Source: Cellvibrionaceae bacterium
Lineage (GTDB): Bacteria > Pseudomonadota > Gammaproteobacteria > Pseudomonadales > Cellvibrionaceae
Reading direction: 5' to 3'
DNA length: 64,000 nucleotides
NCBI GenBank assembly: GCA_047629215.1
Contig: JBLHWO010000001.1
Location: forward strand, 603-64,602
Notes under the pieces: model-generated
The model's database searches: none
Seen by the model: only the letters and a program-made list of their open reading frames with translations
What the model was told of the DNA's origin: nothing
Shown: piece by piece, positions 57,903 through 64,000 of the stretch
Position numbering within the stretch: the first letter of the stretch is position 1
Layout of the letters: each line of letters begins with the position of its first letter
Position numbers and translations under genes: made by a program

Positions 57903-59198
57903 TTGGAAGCATCTATAAAGGCTCTTGTCTTGCAAACACTCTCTCAACTCCGCTCGGGCGCGCTCAAGGGCATTCAACAATTAACATTGTCAGAAAATTT
58001 AACAACGTTTCCCCTAGAAATTCTATCGCTTGCCGACAGCTTAGAGGTGTTAGACCTATCGAGCAATCAATTAAATGATCTACCCGAAGCGCTCACTCAA
58101 TTACCCAAACTAAGAATCTTATTTGCCTCAAATAATCGCTTTACGCAGTTGCCAGAGTTACTGGGGCGCTGCGATCAGCTCGAAATGGTTGGGTTTAAGT
58201 CTAATCAAATTGAGCACGTGTCGGAAAGTGCTCTACCACCTAAATTACGCTGGTTCATCCTCACCGACAACCAAATACAAAAACTACCCGACGCATTAGG
58301 TGAGCGACCTAGGCTACAAAAACTCGCGCTAGCGGGTAACCGGTTAACCGCATTGCCGCAAACAATGGCACAGCTTAGTAATCTTGAACTCATCCGAATT
58401 TCGGCTAACCAGCTCAGTGAATGCCCCGAGCAATTGCTCGACTTACCTAAGCTGGCTTGGATCGCATTCGCAGGTAATCCGTTTAGCCAGTCCCTCGACA
58501 AGATCCCCAGTATTCCAGAGGTATCTTCTTCTAGCTTTACTTTGCAAGATGTATTAGGCCAGGGCGCTTCTGGCGTTATTTCATCGGCAATATGGAATGC
58601 CCCACAAACCGACTTTCCAGAAAAAGTTGCGATTAAAGTCTTTAAAGGCGCCGTCACCAGCGACGGTTACCCAAGAGATGAGTTGGCTGCTTGCCTAAAA
58701 ACGGGTAATCACCCCAACCTAGTACAATCATTAGCGCAGGTGAATGAAAAGGGTTGTCTCGCGCTTATTATGAGCTTAATTCCCGCTTACTATCGTAATC
58801 TAGGGCTACCCCCTAGCTTAAACAGCTGTACGCGCGATACATTTTCGGAGGGTTTTACCTTATCGATAGAAGCAATCGATAAAATGGTATCTCAGATGAA
58901 GGCGGTTTTTGCACACCTTCACGCAAGTAAGGTTTGCCACGGCGATCTATACGCCCACAATACACTCTACGACCCACTTGACGACCTGCTTGATAAAAAT
59001 AAGACCAGCTTACTCTTTGGTGACTTTGGCGCAGCCAGTATGTACCACATGCTAACGGCTCAACAACAAATAAAAATTCAAACCATAGAGCAGCGCGCGC
59101 TGAATCATTTTATTAACGATCTATTAAGTCTTTGTGCAGTAGAAGACAAAAAGACTAAGCAGTATCAGGGGCTATTGGCAGATGTTGCTCAGCCATGA
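57903..59198 (+). CDS. Leucine-rich repeat protein fused to a Ser/Thr protein kinase-like domain
   Basis: 431 aa. It has about 7 LRRs (LDLSSNQLNDLPEAL, LFASNNRFTQLPELL, LALAGNRLTALPQTM and others). The kinase motifs are LGQGASGVI (G-loop), VAIKVFK, HGDLYAHN (catalytic loop) and GDFG. The TTG start is uncertain. Confidence 0.8.
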   Translation: MEASIKALVLQTLSQLRSGALKGIQQLTLSENLTTFPLEILSLADSLEVLDLSSNQLNDLPEALTQLPKLRILFASNNRFTQLPELLGRCDQLEMVGFKSNQIEHVSESALPPKLRWFILTDNQIQKLPDALGERPRLQKLALAGNRLTALPQTMAQLSNLELIRISANQLSECPEQLLDLPKLAWIAFAGNPFSQSLDKIPSIPEVSSSSFTLQDVLGQGASGVISSAIWNAPQTDFPEKVAIKVFKGAVTSDGYPRDELAACLKTGNHPNLVQSLAQVNEKGCLALIMSLIPAYYRNLGLPPSLNSCTRDTFSEGFTLSIEAIDKMVSQMKAVFAHLHASKVCHGDLYAHNTLYDPLDDLLDKNKTSLLFGDFGAASMYHMLTAQQQIKIQTIEQRALNHFINDLLSLCAVEDKKTKQYQGLLADVAQP

Positions 59199-59359
59199 AA
59201 GTAGTGGAAGAAGACGGTCCTGATAAGTATTTAATTGTAATTCATCTCTAATTTAAGACCTTAGATAAATTAAGGTTAAGCAATTCATCAACATAGATTG
59301 TTTATTTATTTATAAAATTTTATAGTGCATTTATTTAAACTGACAACGAAGATCAAAAT

Positions 59360-61039
59360 ATGAGTACAGATAAGCCACGCAAATATTCAAAAAAAATCGT
59401 CGATGGTCCAGCTCAAGCCCCTAGCCGCTCTATGTTGAGGGCAGTAGGCTTTGGCGACGACGATTTCAAAAAATCCCAAGTGGGTATTGCCTCAACCTGG
59501 TCAATGGTAACGCCATGTAACATGCACATTAACACCCTTGCAGATGAGGTGGGTAAGGGTGTAGATAGTGCCGGTGCAAAAAGCGTAATTTATAACACCA
59601 TTACCGTATCTGATGGTATTTCCATGGGCACCGAAGGAATGAAGTATTCTTTAGTATCGCGTGAAGTTATTTGTGATTCCATAGAGGCCGTATCGGCCGG
59701 TATGGGACACGATGGCATTATTGCCATTGGTGGCTGCGATAAAAATATGCCAGGATGTTTGATGGGTATAGCACGCCTGAACCGCCCTTCTATATTTGTC
59801 TATGGCGGTACCATTTTACCTGGCGAAAACCACACCGACATCGTGTCGGTATTTGAAGCGGTGGGCAGCCATGCTAGCGGCGATATTCCGCTGACTGAGT
59901 TAGATCATATTGAAAAAACGGCAATCCCCGGTCCCGGTTCTTGCGGCGGCATGTATACGGCCAATACCTTAGCCTCGGCGATTGAAGCCTTGGGTATGAG
60001 TATGCCCAATAGCTCTGCGCAAAATGCGATTTCAGATAATAAAAAACAAGACTGCTTAGATGCAGGTAAAGCGATTGTTTACTTGCTCGAACAGGATATT
60101 AAACCATCCGATATTATGACCAAAAAGGCATTTGAAAATGCGATAACGCTGATTATTACCCTAGGTGGCTCTACCAATGCCGTGCTGCATTTAATTGCGA
60201 TGGCCGACGCCATTGGTGTGGAAGTGACATTGGACGATTTTGTGCGTATAGGTGAAAAAACACCGGTGATTGCCGACTTACGTCCAAGCGGTCAATATTT
60301 GATGTCTGAATTAATTGCCATCGGTGGTATTCAGCCGCTGATGAAGCGTTTGTTAGATGCGGGCATGCTACACGGTGATTGTATGACTGTAACGGGTAAG
60401 ACTATGGCTGAAAACTTGGCAGAAGTAGTGGATTACCCTGAAGGTCAGACTATTATTTTACCGTTTGATAAGCCCATCAAAAAAGACAGCCATTTGGTGA
60501 TACTCAGCGGTAATTTAGCACCGGAAGGCGCGGTTTCAAAAATTACGGGCAAAGAGGGTTTACGTTTTACCGGCACGGCTAAAGTCTATGATTCAGAAGA
60601 GCAAGGCTTTGCCGCCATTATTGATGACCAAGTGGTAGCCGGTGATGTGGTTGTGATTCGCTACGAAGGCCCGAGAGGCGGCCCTGGTATGCGAGAAATG
60701 TTGAGCCCCACTTCCGCCATTATGGGCAAAGGCTTAGGCAACGATGTCGCACTTATCACCGATGGTCGCTTTTCAGGTGGCAGCAGGGGGTTTGTAGTAG
60801 GGCACATTACGCCTGAAGCATTCGAGGGCGGCGCCATCGCGCTGGTAGAAAATGGTGATAACATTACCATTGATGCGGAAAAACGTGAGATGACGCTCGG
60901 TATCAGTGATGAAGAAATGGCTAGGCGGAAACAAAACTGGCAACAGCCGGCGCCAAAATATACCCGAGGACTACTAGCAAAATATGCGAGAACAGTCAGC
61001 TCGGCGTCTACTGGAGCAGTGACGGATAAGCCTGATTAA
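59360..61039 (+). CDS. ilvD: Dihydroxy-acid dehydratase
   Basis: 559 aa. [25 protein letters not shown] and DGRFSGG are present. Confidence 0.96.
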   Translation: MSTDKPRKYSKKIVDGPAQAPSRSMLRAVGFGDDDFKKSQVGIASTWSMVTPCNMHINTLADEVGKGVDSAGAKSVIYNTITVSDGISMGTEGMKYSLVSREVICDSIEAVSAGMGHDGIIAIGGCDKNMPGCLMGIARLNRPSIFVYGGTILPGENHTDIVSVFEAVGSHASGDIPLTELDHIEKTAIPGPGSCGGMYTANTLASAIEALGMSMPNSSAQNAISDNKKQDCLDAGKAIVYLLEQDIKPSDIMTKKAFENAITLIITLGGSTNAVLHLIAMADAIGVEVTLDDFVRIGEKTPVIADLRPSGQYLMSELIAIGGIQPLMKRLLDAGMLHGDCMTVTGKTMAENLAEVVDYPEGQTIILPFDKPIKKDSHLVILSGNLAPEGAVSKITGKEGLRFTGTAKVYDSEEQGFAAIIDDQVVAGDVVVIRYEGPRGGPGMREMLSPTSAIMGKGLGNDVALITDGRFSGGSRGFVVGHITPEAFEGGAIALVENGDNITIDAEKREMTLGISDEEMARRKQNWQQPAPKYTRGLLAKYARTVSSASTGAVTDKPD

Positions 61040-61400
61040 ACGGTTAGGGCATAAATAAAAAATAATATTTTTTGACCCTTTCGAATGTTATTTTAAAAAA
61101 AGCAATTTATTTGGCTACAGTAGCATTAACGACTGCTAGCCGAATAAGTGTAATGGCTATGTCATTACCCCGACTGTACGGTATGGGGTGATCTTCGATT
61201 TTAATCGTGACCTTATCACCCCTTAGCCATTGGCTGGTCAAATAGCCCGCGACGATGACCCGCACTGCCATTATTGCTCTATAGCACTACTTGTTACTGA
61301 CGAATATATTGCATATTGTATATTCGATCACAAAATCACATTCGTTAAAGCAGTAAAATCCTTACGGATTATTAACTATAGAAAATTGGGACGCAAGGAA

Positions 61401-61973
61401 ATGCCAGATAAGATTGATTATAAATTCCTCAGTGACTTACAGGGCGGGAGTAAAAAGCAAGGGTATGTACCGGCAGCAGGCGTCAGTAAAAGTGGAGTGA
61501 CAATCGCAACCGGGTTTGATCTCGGTCAGCGCAAAGAAGAAGAAGCTGACCTCACCGGTTTAGGTCTAAGCGGGACTTTGGTGACCAAATTGAAGCCTTA
61601 TTTGGGTAAAAATCTAAAGACGCTGCGACATATCTTAAAAAGAACCCTCTCATTATTACCGCAGAACAAACCAAGGTTATTGATAAAGCGGTAAAATCAA
61701 AACATGTTACATCACTAAAAACCAAATAATTGAGCTCTTCACACAATACGGCTAAAAAGGGTTTCTTCGACCTACCCGCAGAAGCGCAAACTGTTATAGC
61801 GTCAGTCTCCTTCCAATATGGTGTTAACTTAAATACGGCTGCGCCTAAATAATACGGCTGCGCCTAAATTTTGGAAAATGGCTTTTTCTCAAAACTGGAA
61901 AGAAGCGGTCAAAATATTAGAAAAATTTGGTGACGCCTATCCTACACGTAGAAAAAAGAAGCCGCTGTATTGA
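61401..61973 (+). pseudogene. Pesticin-type (lysozyme-like) muramidase with three inactivating lesions
   Basis: From the ATG at 61401 (AAGGA 2 nt upstream), frame 0 reads MPDKIDYKFLSDLQGGSKKQGYVPAAGVSKSGVTIATGFDLGQRKEEE...LKPYLGKN. Homology then continues in another frame (KDAATYLKKNPLIITAEQTKVIDKAVK) up to an in-frame TAA at 61727. It resumes with FFDLPAEAQTVIASVSFQYGVNLNTAAPK. A 19-bp tandem duplication (61832-61869) then shifts the frame before FWKMAFSQNWKEAVKILEKFGDAYPTRR. Confidence 0.65.
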
Positions 61974-61986
61974 AGAAGGTTGCAAA

Positions 61987-62646
61987 ATGATTGGCAAAAC
62001 CCTTACATCCGTGTTGTTGCTTTCGCTCACAGCCTGTGCAAATACGGAGAATCAGTCAATATCCAATATTACTTTTTCACCGCTTAAATCAGCTTATGCT
62101 AGTTACAGTAGCGAAATAAGTAAAACGCGTCCAAGTCTAGTCTTTGATGGTGGGACAAGCGCGAGTAATTGCACAGAGTATTTTTCAGTGCGTAAGGCCG
62201 CAAATATTCTGGAGACGGATGCCAATTTTCTTGTTGCTCAGGAATATCTTATTTGCGACTCGTTAAGCGCAATTAAAAATGCAACACCCATAAATGAGTC
62301 GTCCGTCAGTAACAATGTGATATTCAATGCAGGAGTACCGTTGGCGAGTAAAGTAGACTTGCGCGCGTTTCGATCATCCTTTAAACGCAGAGCCGACGCA
62401 CAAATGCATACCCTGGACACAATGCCGAGAGCGGATGTGACCACGGAACAATACGCGGCCATTATCGACAATAAGGACTGGCTTTATGTGCTCCGCGTCG
62501 TTGCCCGCTTAGATTTAAACAACAACGGCAAGGAAGACTGGCTAACGGATAAGGCAAAAATGGGTAGCTATAGCACGTTGTCCGGTTTTGTGGCTTGTGA
62601 TGTGAATAATAAGCAGATAATTAATTTAGATCCCCTAATATCTTAA
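61987..62646 (+). CDS. Lipoprotein of unknown function
   Basis: The ATG at 61987 gives MIGKTLTSVLLLSLTACAN, a lipobox of the form L-[ST]-A-C. The protein is 219 aa and I recognise no family. Confidence 0.65.
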   Translation: MIGKTLTSVLLLSLTACANTENQSISNITFSPLKSAYASYSSEISKTRPSLVFDGGTSASNCTEYFSVRKAANILETDANFLVAQEYLICDSLSAIKNATPINESSVSNNVIFNAGVPLASKVDLRAFRSSFKRRADAQMHTLDTMPRADVTTEQYAAIIDNKDWLYVLRVVARLDLNNNGKEDWLTDKAKMGSYSTLSGFVACDVNNKQIINLDPLIS

Positions 62647-62774
62647 TTATTATAACCTTTGATTGTGACGGTACTTTTACCCTGAGGGCGGATCAGTTTT
62701 CTACCTTGGGGTATTCTGCTACGCCTACTCTCACATCGACCAACACTTTTCAGAGAAGAGATAAGCCTCAACAA

Positions 62775-64000
62775 TTACGTCGCACGGGCTTGATGAAGCT
62801 TTTTGTAGCTATCGATCAATCTTAGGTGTTTGTCTAAACCTTCCAGCCGCATACTGGTTTTGGTTAAACCGAAAAACGTCACTTCACCCCTTGTCGAGCC
62901 AAGCACATTAGCCATAAGTTCTTCACCGAACATTCTATTTAAATTAGCTAGGTAATGTTCAAGTTCCATTTCTGTATCTAGGGTGATCTCAAGTACGGCG
63001 TGCATGGCTTGATAAAACAATCCGCGGGCGACCGTATTGTCGTTATACTGTAAATAAGTTTCTACCAGTTCAATAGCGTCTTCCCGATCCCCCAGCGCTA
63101 GGTAAAGTAGAATTTTCAATTCAAGAATCGTGAGTTTGCCCCAAACGGTATTTTCATCAAACGCAACGCCAATGAGAGTGGCAATGTCCATGTAGTTATC
63201 AAGCTGACCTTCCTCCAAGCGTTGCACTAAACTCGTCAAGGCAGCATCACTGAGTGAGTGAAGGTTCAATATATCTTCACGGTAAGTGAGTGCTTTGTTA
63301 GTGTTATCCCAAATAAGATCTTCTACTGGATAGACTTCTGAAAAATCTGGCACCAGGATACGGCAAGCACAGCCATAATCAGAAAAATCGGCAATATAAG
63401 CTTCTTTACCCAGCGTTTTTAATAGACTAAATAAAAAGTCTGACTCCTCTTTGTTGCTGCCAGAAAAATCCCACTCGTAAAATTCATAGTCGTGCTTGTC
63501 ACTAAAAAAGCGCCAAGAGATTACTCCCGTTGAATCAATAAAGTGCTCAACAAAGTTTTCAGGTTCAGAGACGGCCATACTATTAAAGGTGGGTTTTGGC
63601 ACATCGTTTAGCCCTTCAAAACTGCGACCTTGTAATAGCTCAGTAAGGCTGCGTTCTAGCGCCGCTTCAAAGCTCGGGTGGGCGCCAAATGAAGCAAATA
63701 CACCACCTGTTTTTGGGTTCATCAGCGTGACGCACATGACCGGGAATTGGCCCCCTAACGACGCATCCTTAACCAGAACAGGAAAGCCTTGTGCTTGCAG
63801 GCCCTTGATCCCCTCTACAATACTCGGGTACTGGTTAAGCACGTCCTGAGGCACATCAGGCAAGGCAATCTCTTCTTCGATGATGCGTCTTTTCACCGCA
63901 CGTTCAAATATTTCCGACAAGCACTGTACCTTAGCTTCGTTAACATTATTGCCGGCGCTCATACCGTTACTCAGAAATAAGTTTTCAATCAAGTTCGATG
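62775..64000 (-). CDS. ycaO: YcaO-type protein (E. coli YcaO-like, with a C-terminal TPR-like domain); the N-terminus lies beyond the window end
   Basis: The frame is open to position 64000. NGMSAGNNVNEAKVQCLSEIFER and FGAHPSFEAALERSLTELLQG are YcaO-domain signatures. There is no adjacent precursor or partner gene in the window. Confidence 0.8.
   Translation of the reverse strand, partial: SNLIENLFLSNGMSAGNNVNEAKVQCLSEIFERAVKRRIIEEEIALPDVPQDVLNQYPSIVEGIKGLQAQGFPVLVKDASLGGQFPVMCVTLMNPKTGGVFASFGAHPSFEAALERSLTELLQGRSFEGLNDVPKPTFNSMAVSEPENFVEHFIDSTGVISWRFFSDKHDYEFYEWDFSGSNKEESDFLFSLLKTLGKEAYIADFSDYGCACRILVPDFSEVYPVEDLIWDNTNKALTYREDILNLHSLSDAALTSLVQRLEEGQLDNYMDIATLIGVAFDENTVWGKLTILELKILLYLALGDREDAIELVETYLQYNDNTVARGLFYQAMHAVLEITLDTEMELEHYLANLNRMFGEELMANVLGSTRGEVTFFGLTKTSMRLEGLDKHLRLIDSYKKLHQARAT

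Noticed and set aside
58205-58657. A 150-aa ORF antisense to the LRR-kinase gene.
   Set aside because: It is a shadow ORF fully inside a well-supported gene on the other strand, with Ser/Leu/Cys-rich low-information composition. The same reasoning applies to 15606-15974, 3470-3787, 13948-14181, 33104-33409, 33585-33839, 63496-63849 and the other nested track ORFs.
61230-61400. The N-terminal 57 aa of track ORF 61230-61694.
   Set aside because: It has no similarity to the muramidase family. The ATG at 61401 has a good AAGGA Shine-Dalgarno sequence, and family similarity starts exactly there.
62775-64000. YcaO as part of a RiPP (azoline/thioamide) cluster.
   Set aside because: It has the E. 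coli YcaO-like architecture with a C-terminal TPR-like domain. No precursor peptide, dehydrogenase or TfuA-like partner is adjacent in the visible part. The upstream side lies outside the window, so this cannot be fully excluded.

Overview
This is a 64-kb chromosomal segment from a visibly AT-rich gammaproteobacterium. The backbone gene order matches Pseudomonas-type genomes as I remember them: nadB, then rpoE(algU)-rseA-rseB-rseC-degP(mucD), then lepA-lepB-DUF4845-rnc-era-recO. This is followed by cysM-rlmD-relA-mazG, adk, tsaB, uppP, an M18 aminopeptidase, trpS, grxA, DAHP synthase, a LysR/DUF1445/TRAP/pxpABC block, murI, rmuC, an ECF sigma module, rlmJ, cspA, fklB, ilvD and ycaO. About 50 CDS look intact. 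I saw no rRNA, tRNA or CRISPR array.

I did not find a clearly intact, novel multi-gene system. Two unusual layers sit on top of the housekeeping backbone.

1. At least 11 short non-coding MITE-like or palindromic elements (about 90-390 bp) lie in intergenic spacers at 20.6-36.5 kb and 51.4-55.0 kb.
- Several have terminal inverted repeats and 4-6 bp flanking direct repeats.
- Different elements share sequence modules in shuffled or inverted order.
- Most sit within about 40 bp of a stop codon.
- One abuts the pxpB start codon. Another supplies the last codons and the stop of a small ORF.

2. Gene decay is heavy.
- A 6.3-kb AddA/AddB-like helicase-nuclease pair is shattered into fragments.
- An IS3-family copy has lost its catalytic core.
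- A pesticin-type muramidase carries three independent lesions.
- A cupin has an in-frame TAA stop.
- A Lys/Ala-rich ORF is degraded.

Other items worth a second look:
- a membrane-anchored REC-Hpt protein that looks like GacS/BarA without its kinase core;
- a small cytidylyltransferase paired with a CDP-alcohol phosphatidyltransferase;
- a LysR-DUF1445-TRAP-PxpABC locus;
- an LRR-Ser/Thr kinase fusion;
- a class III cyclase with inverted topology;
- a 21-bp x4 tandem repeat beside the IS remnant.

All functional calls come from motif recognition, remembered family signatures and synteny. No database search or computation was possible, and element boundaries are hand-derived.
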